NCBI GenBank assembly: GCA_949299165.1
Contig: CASFZJ010000005.1
Coordinates: 12,974 to 76,973, forward strand
Direction: 5' to 3'
DNA from: an uncultured bacterium
GTDB lineage: Bacteria; Bacillota_I; Bacilli_A; RFN20; CAG-826
Length of the DNA stretch: 64,000 bases
Shown here: in pieces, positions 49,358-57,591 of the stretch
Layout: each line of letters begins with the position of its first letter
Numbering within the stretch: the first letter of the stretch is position 1
The notes under the pieces: model-generated
Told to the model about the DNA's origin: nothing
Database searches by the model: none
The model's input: only the letters and a program-made list of their open reading frames with translations
Program-made: the position numbers and the translations under genes

Positions 49358-50218
49358 ATGAATTATTGTATAAGCGTTAAATTTGAAGACACAAGAAAAG
49401 CATATTTTTTTCAAACCGATGACGAAACAATCGATGTTGGCTCTTTTGTTGTTGTTGAAACTGTCGTCGGACTTGAACTCGGTAAAGTTGTCGCACCTAA
49501 AAAAGATCTTTCAACATTTAATTTTGATAAAGAAATTAAACCAATTATTAGAAAAGCGACAAAAAAGGATCTTTTAACCTACAAAAATAACAAAGCTTCA
49601 GCTAAACAAGCCGCTGAAATTTTCGAAAAATATACTAAAGAATTAAATTTAGACATGAAACTTGTCAAAACTGAATACACTTTAGACCACGAAAAAATCT
49701 TATTTACCTATTTCAGTGAAGCCCGTATCGATTTTAGAGAACTTTTAAAACGACTTGCTTCAATTTTGAAATGTAGAATTGAATTAAGACAAATCGTGGC
49801 ACGCGAAAGAGCAATGCTCGTTGGTGGATATGGCGTTTGCGGATTGCCACTTTGCTGCACTTATATGTATTCAAACCAAGAAGGAATTTCTTTAAATAAA
49901 GCAAAAAACCAAATGTTAACTATTAATATTCCTAAATTAAGTGGAGTTTGCGGAAAACTAATGTGCTGCTTAAAATATGAAGATGACTATTACACTGAAG
50001 AAAAGAAACAATTTCCACCAATCAACACTACTTTTAAATACAATGGCATTGAACTAAAGGTAAGCAGTTACAATGTTTTAAATAAAGTAATTAAATGCGT
50101 TGGCGAAGATGTTGTCGAGTTCTTACCACTTGAAGAAGTCAAAAAATATGTAAAACAAAGTGGAAAATTCCCACAAAAGAAACAAATTCCACCAAAACAA
50201 ACAAATAAAAATGGCTAA
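49358..50218 (+). CDS. PSP1-domain protein (YaaT/RicT-like)
   Basis: PSP1 C-terminal domain with Cys cluster GLPLCC..GVCGKLMCCLKYE. ATG at 49358 preferred over the TTG at 49346. Confidence 0.85.
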   Translation: MNYCISVKFEDTRKAYFFQTDDETIDVGSFVVVETVVGLELGKVVAPKKDLSTFNFDKEIKPIIRKATKKDLLTYKNNKASAKQAAEIFEKYTKELNLDMKLVKTEYTLDHEKILFTYFSEARIDFRELLKRLASILKCRIELRQIVARERAMLVGGYGVCGLPLCCTYMYSNQEGISLNKAKNQMLTINIPKLSGVCGKLMCCLKYEDDYYTEEKKQFPPINTTFKYNGIELKVSSYNVLNKVIKCVGEDVVEFLPLEEVKKYVKQSGKFPQKKQIPPKQTNKNG

Positions 50219-51026
50219 TACTCTATATTTAGTTCCTTCACCTATTGGCAATTTGAGTGAGGTTTCGCCTCGAATTAAAGAAATTTTAAATTCTGTTTCT
50301 TTTGTCGCATGCGAAGATACAAGAAATACTCAAAAATTACTGGCACTTTTAAATATTTCTAAGCCATGTATTTCTTGCCACGAACATAACGAAATGTCTG
50401 AAAGCCAAATTATTATAAAAAGAATTTTAAATGGTGAAGATTGTGCATATTTAAGCGATGCTGGTTTCCCTTGTATTAGCGATCCAGGATTTTTGTTAAC
50501 GAAAGAATGTATAAAAAACGATATAAAAATAGTTCCAATAAGCGGACCAAACGCGGCACTTTTAGCTCTTGTTGGGAGTGGATTAGACACCACTCATTTT
50601 ATGTTCTATGGTTTTCTCGACTCAAAAATTTCAAAAAAAGAGTCGGAAATTGCTGGGTTTTTGAATTATAAATACACAATTATACTTTATGAAGCCCCTC
50701 ATAGAATTAACGAAACTTTATCATCTTTATATAAAATTTTAGGCAACCGAAAAATCGTTATCGCTAGAGAATTAACAAAAATGTATGAAGAATTTATTCG
50801 CTCAGATTTAAAAACTTTATGTGAAGAAAAACGCGAATATAAAGGTGAGTTAGTTCTTGTTTTAGAAGGAAAAAAAGAAGAAACTAAAGAAATAGATGAA
50901 GGAATTCTTGAAAAAGCTAAAGCACTTGAAAAAATGGGTTGTTCCAAAAAAGAAATTTCTTCTATTATTTCTTCGCTTTTTAACATCAACAAAAATAAAA
51001 TATATAAAGAATTAATAAAAGATTAG
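50211..51026 (+). CDS. rsmI: 16S rRNA (cytidine1402-2'-O)-methyltransferase
   Basis: MANTLYLVPSPIGNL N-terminus and CEDTR motif. ATG at 50211 preferred over the track start at 50160. Confidence 0.9.
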   Translation: MANTLYLVPSPIGNLSEVSPRIKEILNSVSFVACEDTRNTQKLLALLNISKPCISCHEHNEMSESQIIIKRILNGEDCAYLSDAGFPCISDPGFLLTKECIKNDIKIVPISGPNAALLALVGSGLDTTHFMFYGFLDSKISKKESEIAGFLNYKYTIILYEAPHRINETLSSLYKILGNRKIVIARELTKMYEEFIRSDLKTLCEEKREYKGELVLVLEGKKEETKEIDEGILEKAKALEKMGCSKKEISSIISSLFNINKNKIYKELIKD

Positions 51027-54000
51027 TTTAAATCTTCGATTTCACGATTAAATCCTTTGATGATATCTTCATCAATTTTTAATACTTCTCGATCAAAAGT
51101 ATATAGTCCATTATATTCTTTTTCGCAATCATTTAGTTGAGTATATATGATTCCAAAAAGTTCATTATTTTTAGCTAAATTTATAGCATTTTTGTAAAAA
51201 TTCCCATATTTTTTTGTTAAATCTTCTTTTGAAAAAGCAGGAGATTGAGTAAATTGACCTTTGAATAATGCGTGGTCTTGAAGTTTTAAATTAATTCCAC
51301 CGCATTCGCTTAAAATGTAAGGTTTATTTTCTTTTTTGTCTTTTCTTTTTGATTTTGATAACAAATAAGCATGAATTGAATATAAATCTCTTTTTTTATT
51401 TAAATACCATCCGCTTGTAGTGTCATAAATTTTGAATTTATCATAACTTTTAGCGAGTTCATAAATTTTATCAGGTTCAAATTCGCCCCAACCTTCGTTA
51501 AAAAGTGTGTAGCAAATGACTGAAGGATGGTTGTATAAATTTGAAATTATTTCTTTTAATTCATATAAATACATTTTTTTACTTTTTTCATCTTTCCTGC
51601 CGTTTCCTTTTTCGCTCATAAATTTAGAGTTATTTAAAAAAGGAAAAACGCGAGGTAAAACTACCGAAAAGAAATTATATTTATATCCACCATTTGGAAT
51701 GTCTTGAATAACGAGCATTCCAAGTTTATCACATAAATAATAAAAATAATCCATTTCTACTTTGACATGCATTCTGATTGTGTTAAATCCAAGATTTTTA
51801 ACATTTATAATATCGTTTTCATAATCTTTATAAGATGATGGAGTTAATGAATTTGGATAATAGTATCCTTGGTCTAAAACGCCATTCAAAATTACCTTTT
51901 TATTATTCAAAAACACTGCAGAAACGCCATCTTTTTCTTTAACTTCGATTTTTCTAAAGCCAAAATAACTTTCTACTGCATCTTCTAAATATGTAATTTT
52001 AACATCATATAAATAAGGATTTTTGTATGTCCAAGAAATAGGTTTTTCTAAAACTATAAAATCCTCTTTATTGGTTTTAATTAGATATTCTTTGCCTTCA
52101 ATAATGACTTTTGCTTCTCTAATTTTTCGACTTTTAGTTCTAATAAAAATTCCGACTTTTTTCTCATCATAATATACATTAAATTTTACATATTTAATGT
52201 AATCTAAAGGCACTTCTTCTAACCAAACATTTTTGTAAATTCCACTACTTGAAGAATAATAACAAGTTTGTGGATTTAAGGTTTGTTTGCCTCTTGAAAA
52301 ATATGATGAATCAGTAAAATCTTTTACTTTGACAACAACATTATTTTCTTCTTTTATAAAAGATGTGATATCAACGCTTGCTTTAGTATAACCAGATTCA
52401 TGATAAGTTACAAAATTACCATTTAACAAAAGATCAAAAACTTGGTCAGTTCCGTCAAGATGTAAAATATATCTTTTGTCTTTTGAAAAATTTTCAATTT
52501 TTAGTTTTCTTTCATAAATTAATATATTTTGAGGAGAAATAAGTTTGTTTACTCCGGAAAATGGCGCTTCAACTGAATAAGGCACAAGAACTTTTCCATC
52601 GTAAATTGTTTCGCTTTCTTCAAGAATTTTTAGATTCCACTCTCCGTTTAAGTTAATGAAAGACTTTCTTTTAAGATTTGGGCGAGGATATTCTTCAAAT
52701 GGAACATCGTTTTCTTTTCTTGTAATCTTTTCTTTATTTTGTTCTAAATTTGCAATTAAATGTCCGTTATTAATATCGACTTTTTTTGTATTTTTAAATA
52801 CAAAATATAGTGGAATTAACGTTAATAAAAGGATAATCAATGCGACTAAATAGCCATAATTTGAAGGTAATGGATTATTAACGCCAAATTGATCTTGATA
52901 AATTTCGCCATATGCATTATTTAATGCGCTTCCAATAAAAGGACCAATGCACATTGGTAAAGCAACAACGAAGATCATTCTTATTCCCATGAATATTCCT
53001 TCTTTTCCTTTAGGAATATAGGTTCTAAGTAAGGAATTTAGAATTGCAGGAAAACTTACATAACCTAAAATCATGATGAGTCCACTTATTGCAGTATAAA
53101 GTATTCTTCCAATTTCGTTTTCAATAAATGGACAGAAAAACATCATAAATAAGCCAAGCGCAGTAATAGATAAAGTAGGCAAAAGCATTTTTGTTTTACC
53201 TTTTTTATCTGCTCTAAAACCAATGAAAACGCTCAAAACTGAGCCGACTAGTAAAGCAATTGCCATAACTATTGCAAAAGGAGTTAAAAACGAATCACCT
53301 GTATTTGAGATATTGCAAGTTCTCTCAACATAAATCATTAAGTAAGGAAAATAAACTTGAACTGAGACATTAAAGATAAAATAAGTTATTAAAACTATAT
53401 ATAAAAGTTTGTTTTCTTTAATAACTTTTGGTTTAAAACCTTCAATTAAAAGCGAAAAATATGGCTCTTTTTTCTTTTCTTCATTCTTTTCTTTTGGTAG
53501 TAAAAATATAGAAACAATTCCAACTACAAGGACGATTGCACCTACTATATAAAAGAATAAGTCCCATCTATTTCCGCTTGCATCAGTTGTTAATCCATTA
53601 AGCCCAACAAAAATAATTAGCATTGCTGCAAGAGGGAGAACACCTAAAACTCCTTCAACCTTAGCCCTATTTGCATCGTCAATATTTTTGGTTACATACG
53701 AATTAAATGCAGCATCATTCCCTGTTGAACCAAAAAACGTCATTATACAATCGATAACAATTACTAAAATTGCCGCAGTTACGGCACTCATTTGAATAGG
53801 CACGAGTTCAACAGCACCGGTAACATTTAGTAAACCAAAAGAAGCTGTTGAAACGCCCCACAAAATATAACCGACTGAAATAAATATTTTTCTTTTTCTT
53901 AATTTATCACTTAAACCACCCATAAAAAGCGTAGTAAGTGTCGCAGTTATAGCACTTAAAGCGGTTGTTACTGCAATAAGTGTGTTGTAATCAAATTTTT

Positions 54001-54154
54001 CAGCTTCAGGCGCAGAAAAATTCAAATAAGCAATATAGGTGTTTAAATACATATTCTCAATTGACCAAGCAAATTGTCCCGCAAGGCCAATTAAGATAAT
54101 AATTAACCACATTTCCCAACCAATTTTATTGGTTGATTTCTTCGCTTGTTCCAT
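51023..54154 (-). CDS. fusion protein: 12-TM MFS-type transporter (N) plus GH2 glycoside hydrolase (C)
   Basis: Residues ~20-465 hold 12 hydrophobic segments and a GGLSDKLRKRK loop. Residues ~494-1054 are GH2-like (EYPRPNLKR..LNGEWN sugar-binding domain, LFNEGWGEF acid/base, ILSECGG nucleophile). Single uninterrupted ORF. ATG at 54154 preferred over TTG at 54187. Confidence 0.8.
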   Translation of the reverse strand: MEQAKKSTNKIGWEMWLIIILIGLAGQFAWSIENMYLNTYIAYLNFSAPEAEKFDYNTLIAVTTALSAITATLTTLFMGGLSDKLRKRKIFISVGYILWGVSTASFGLLNVTGAVELVPIQMSAVTAAILVIVIDCIMTFFGSTGNDAAFNSYVTKNIDDANRAKVEGVLGVLPLAAMLIIFVGLNGLTTDASGNRWDLFFYIVGAIVLVVGIVSIFLLPKEKNEEKKKEPYFSLLIEGFKPKVIKENKLLYIVLITYFIFNVSVQVYFPYLMIYVERTCNISNTGDSFLTPFAIVMAIALLVGSVLSVFIGFRADKKGKTKMLLPTLSITALGLFMMFFCPFIENEIGRILYTAISGLIMILGYVSFPAILNSLLRTYIPKGKEGIFMGIRMIFVVALPMCIGPFIGSALNNAYGEIYQDQFGVNNPLPSNYGYLVALIILLLTLIPLYFVFKNTKKVDINNGHLIANLEQNKEKITRKENDVPFEEYPRPNLKRKSFINLNGEWNLKILEESETIYDGKVLVPYSVEAPFSGVNKLISPQNILIYERKLKIENFSKDKRYILHLDGTDQVFDLLLNGNFVTYHESGYTKASVDITSFIKEENNVVVKVKDFTDSSYFSRGKQTLNPQTCYYSSSSGIYKNVWLEEVPLDYIKYVKFNVYYDEKKVGIFIRTKSRKIREAKVIIEGKEYLIKTNKEDFIVLEKPISWTYKNPYLYDVKITYLEDAVESYFGFRKIEVKEKDGVSAVFLNNKKVILNGVLDQGYYYPNSLTPSSYKDYENDIINVKNLGFNTIRMHVKVEMDYFYYLCDKLGMLVIQDIPNGGYKYNFFSVVLPRVFPFLNNSKFMSEKGNGRKDEKSKKMYLYELKEIISNLYNHPSVICYTLFNEGWGEFEPDKIYELAKSYDKFKIYDTTSGWYLNKKRDLYSIHAYLLSKSKRKDKKENKPYILSECGGINLKLQDHALFKGQFTQSPAFSKEDLTKKYGNFYKNAINLAKNNELFGIIYTQLNDCEKEYNGLYTFDREVLKIDEDIIKGFNREIEDLN

Positions 54155-54506
54155 TATTTTCGCTTCTTTCGTTATCTTGTTTTTCAAAAGGTGTTAAACC
54201 AATTACATCACTAACTTTTATTGAAAAAGCAATTCCGCTACCCTTGGTTTCGAGTCCTGCTTGTTTATAAATATTCAACATAACTTTGTCTTTAATTTCT
54301 TCATCAACAAGAATAAAAACAATTTCTTTTTCAGGTTGGATAACGATTCCAAAAAATGTCCCAAGTTCTTTGTTTCCTGTTCCATGAGCAACAAAAGTTG
54401 TGCCGCCTCTTGCTCCGCATTCTTTAGCTGCATCCATTACTACTCCAGTATAACCTTGATTAACGATAACAATTATTAATTCATAATTCTTTTGACTTAC
54501 TTCCAT
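54126..54506 (-). CDS. PII-like signal-transduction protein (short T-loop), copy B
   Basis: beta-alpha-beta-beta-alpha-beta pattern aligns by eye to GlnB (ELIIVIV.., GGTTFVAHGTG, KEIVFILV, GSGIAFSIKV). GGAGAG RBS lies inside the upstream gene. Confidence 0.65.
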   Translation of the reverse strand: MEVSQKNYELIIVIVNQGYTGVVMDAAKECGARGGTTFVAHGTGNKELGTFFGIVIQPEKEIVFILVDEEIKDKVMLNIYKQAGLETKGSGIAFSIKVSDVIGLTPFEKQDNERSENNGTSEEINQ

Positions 54507-54927
54507 CGTTATCTCTCCTTTTACTTTCTCTTACATTAGCTAAATATTTATAAACTAAAACCCCTGCAACTGAATCAATATCCATGCAAAAGCTTATTCC
54601 TTTATATTTTTTATTAAGTGAAAAACGTTCTTCTATAATCTTTTTTAAATTATCTAAGTCGGTAATTTTAACTAATGATAAAACAATGTCTTTCTTGGTT
54701 TCACCAATACCTAAAATATCATAAATTTCTTTAGTGGCTGTCCCTGTTCCATAAATATTAAAAGAAGCGCTCACCCCATTTTTTTCAAAAATTCGAGTAA
54801 AATAATCACCTTGACCACGATCAACAATAATAACCATTACTTTTAGTTTTGTTACTTCAAACTCTTTATCGTAATGTGCGCTTCCTTCTTTTCTTTGCTC
54901 AATTTCTTTTTTCTTCTTAAAAAACAT
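54481..54927 (-). CDS. PII-like signal-transduction protein, copy A (Lys-rich N-terminal extension)
   Basis: LKVMVIIVDRGQGDYFTRIFEKNGVSASFNIYGTGTA..KDIVLSLV..GISFCMDIDSV shows the same fold pattern as copy B. Confidence 0.6.
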   Translation of the reverse strand: MFFKKKKEIEQRKEGSAHYDKEFEVTKLKVMVIIVDRGQGDYFTRIFEKNGVSASFNIYGTGTATKEIYDILGIGETKKDIVLSLVKITDLDNLKKIIEERFSLNKKYKGISFCMDIDSVAGVLVYKYLANVRESKRRDNDGSKSKEL

Positions 54928-54935
54928 AAGACCAC

Positions 54936-56474
54936 CTACATGTGAATGATTTGTGCATCATTAGTTTCACGAACTTGTTTTTGAACAAGTTTATATCTTA
55001 ATTTAAGTTTAATTGTTGATTGCAAACCTAAAGCTTGAATACAAATAACTGGCATCGCACTAATTAAACCAATGACGCCAAAACCACTATTTTCTCCACC
55101 AATTGAAGCAATACCCATAATAAAAGGTAAAACAAAACAAGAAGACATCGTTCCACTTGCAACTCCACCAGAGTCAAATGCAATAGCAGTATAAATATCA
55201 GGTACAGCAAAAGATAAAGAAATACTTAGCAAATAAAGCGGAACATAATAATAAACAATTGAAAAATTGCCATATAACTCGCGAATTACTTCTAAGACGA
55301 TTGCCCCGGCAACGCCAAGACATAAAGTTATTAACATTTTTGTTTTAGAAATTGTTCCACCACTTACTTCTTCCACTTGTTGATTAAGAATGTGAACACC
55401 AGGTTCAACAAGAACAACAGCACAGCCAATTACAATCGCCAAAATAATAAGTAAATAATTATATTGACCGCCAAAGTCGGGATTACCCAAATTGTTTCCT
55501 AAAGAATAGCCAACCGGAATGAGTCCAAATTTAGCAGCAATTAAGAATATAGATAAGCCAAAATAGGTATAAACAAAGCCTAAATCGATTTTCAAAAGCT
55601 CTTTTTTAGGAAGTTTAATAAATATAAATTGATAAACCTGGAAAAATACAAACAAAGGCAAAATAGCTATCAAAACTTCTAAACATGTATGAGATAACAC
55701 TTCTACAAAAGGTGTATCCAAACTAACACTATTTTTTAGCGATGATAAATCGGTTGTCGAATTTACAATAAGTAAAAGAATCATTGTGGTGATTAATGGA
55801 CCAATTGAGCAAATTCCGGTTACACCGAAAGAGTCGCTTGAAGAATTTTTACCACCTCTAACAGATGCAACGCCAGCCCCAAAAGTTAACAAAAATGGAA
55901 CAGTGACAGGTCCTGTTGTAACCCCACCCGAGTCAAAAGCTATAGAAATAATACTTTCTCCGCTTTTTCCGTCGAGCAAACAACCCAAAGCAAAAACAAT
56001 AAAATAGAAAAATATAAGCCAAATTTTTAAATTTTGTTGAAAAATAATCCTTAATAACCCGACGACAAGAAATATTCCAACCCCTACACCAATACAAATT
56101 TTTAGAATCCATGGATTAATAACATCTTGGAGTAAATCGCTTAAAACGGTTAAATCGGGTTCAGCAATTGTGATCATTAATCCTAAGAAAAATGCAATAA
56201 CAACCATAAAAACAATGGCTTGTTTTTGCGTAATATTTGCACCAATATATTGACCAACTTTACTCATCGAAATATCGCTTCCAAAAGAAAATAAGGCCAT
56301 ACCTAAAATAAGGAAAATTAAGCATATTAAAAATATGATTAACATGTGGGTTGAAATTGTTTCTGAAGGCATTAAATCAGAAAACTGCAATCCAAAAATA
56401 ATCACTACAATTAATGCAATAGGTACAACACTTATTGCAGCTTCAACCAACTTTTGTAAAGCTTGCTTAAACAT
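54936..56474 (-). CDS. internally duplicated polytopic membrane protein (DUF1538-like, two fused repeats)
   Basis: Two homologous halves: IAEPDLTVL ... AFDSGGVTTGPVTVPFLLTFGAGVAS and LVEPGVHIL ... AFDSGGVASGTMSSCFVLPFIMGIAS. About 12-14 TM. The family name is from memory. Confidence 0.6.
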   Translation of the reverse strand: MFKQALQKLVEAAISVVPIALIVVIIFGLQFSDLMPSETISTHMLIIFLICLIFLILGMALFSFGSDISMSKVGQYIGANITQKQAIVFMVVIAFFLGLMITIAEPDLTVLSDLLQDVINPWILKICIGVGVGIFLVVGLLRIIFQQNLKIWLIFFYFIVFALGCLLDGKSGESIISIAFDSGGVTTGPVTVPFLLTFGAGVASVRGGKNSSSDSFGVTGICSIGPLITTMILLLIVNSTTDLSSLKNSVSLDTPFVEVLSHTCLEVLIAILPLFVFFQVYQFIFIKLPKKELLKIDLGFVYTYFGLSIFLIAAKFGLIPVGYSLGNNLGNPDFGGQYNYLLIILAIVIGCAVVLVEPGVHILNQQVEEVSGGTISKTKMLITLCLGVAGAIVLEVIRELYGNFSIVYYYVPLYLLSISLSFAVPDIYTAIAFDSGGVASGTMSSCFVLPFIMGIASIGGENSGFGVIGLISAMPVICIQALGLQSTIKLKLRYKLVQKQVRETNDAQIIHM

Positions 56475-56543
56475 GTTTCTATTATAAAATAAAAATCATT
56501 TTTTTAATATATTTTTTGAAATTATTTTTAGATAATTTTTCTT

Positions 56544-56631
56544 AAAAACCTTGCAAAACCCCAATATTTTCAAAATTTCCTGTGAATTTTGAAAAAAGTG
56601 GTACTTTTTTTAAATTTTCTTGGGAAATTTT
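56544..56631. repeat. intergenic array: CCTTGCAAAACCCC word plus three ~20-bp A-run/core/T-run modules
   Basis: Words: aaaaaccttgcaaaaccccaat, caaaatttcctgtgaatttt, gaaaaaagtggtacttttttt, aaattttcttgggaaatttt. Confidence 0.6.
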
Positions 56632-56637
56632 CAAAAT

Positions 56638-57591
56638 TTACTTAGTTTTTTTCATCAAATCATTAAATTCGTTTGGCATTTTTGCCACTAATTTATAAAC
56701 TTTTCCAGTAATTGGATTTTTAATATCGAGTTCGTAAGCATGTAAACAAAGTCTATTTATTGGATTTTCGGGTTCTCCATATTTATCATCACCTAAGATA
56801 AAGTGACCAAGCCCTCCCAGAGTTACTCTAATTTGATTCTTTCTGCCAGTAAAAATTTCTACATTGAGTAATGAATATTTCTCGTTTTCTTTAACAACCT
56901 TATATTGAGTTATGCATCTTTGAGCTTTTTTGTCTTTTGAATTTGTTATGTACATTAAATTCAAAGCGTTCATTCTTAAATAATTTACAATACGTTTCTC
57001 TTTTTCTTCCATGTTTCCTTCAACTATGGCGTAATATCCTCTTTTAGTAACTAAGTCATTCCAATTGTTTTGCAATTCATCTTTTATTTTTTCGTTTTTA
57101 GCAAATATTAAAACGCCACTAGTTTCCTTATCTATTCTATGCACTACAAAAATACGAGAATGTTTATCTTTTGCTTGCATATAGTCCATCACCATTCTAT
57201 AAGCCGTGGACGATTTTTCTTTATCGCTTGCAACACTTAATAATCCATAAGGTTTATTGATTGCAATGATATCCCTATCCTCATAAATAATTGGTAAATC
57301 TTTTCTAGCTTTTTTCCTAATTGGTTTTTTAGAAATTATTAACGAATCACCTTTAGAGAGCATAAAATTGAATTGACTAACAGGCGCTCCATCAATAGCA
57401 ATTAAATGATGCGACAATAAATTTTTCGCATTATTACGCGAAAATTTAAGTTCTTCAATTAAATATGCTAAAAGTTCACACTCTCTTTTTACAGTGTACT
57501 CTTTTATATCTAACTCTTTTTTTGATTGATAATCTTCAATCTTTTTGCCTTTTGATCTGCTTTTTAAATTTTCTTTATAGTTCTTATTCAT
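56638..57591 (-). CDS. RluA-family pseudouridine synthase with S4 domain
   Basis: HRIDKETSGVLIFAK catalytic motif and an N-terminal S4-like region. Confidence 0.85.
   Translation of the reverse strand: MNKNYKENLKSRSKGKKIEDYQSKKELDIKEYTVKRECELLAYLIEELKFSRNNAKNLLSHHLIAIDGAPVSQFNFMLSKGDSLIISKKPIRKKARKDLPIIYEDRDIIAINKPYGLLSVASDKEKSSTAYRMVMDYMQAKDKHSRIFVVHRIDKETSGVLIFAKNEKIKDELQNNWNDLVTKRGYYAIVEGNMEEKEKRIVNYLRMNALNLMYITNSKDKKAQRCITQYKVVKENEKYSLLNVEIFTGRKNQIRVTLGGLGHFILGDDKYGEPENPINRLCLHAYELDIKNPITGKVYKLVAKMPNEFNDLMKKTK

Noticed and set aside
56544-56565. Interpreting the TTGCAA/TTGCAG-containing word as a -35 promoter hexamer.
   Set aside because: Copies occur in both orientations relative to downstream genes, in a convergent gap (13434), directly on stop codons (33074, 39998) and inside a CDS (43648). 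No consistently spaced -10 follows them.
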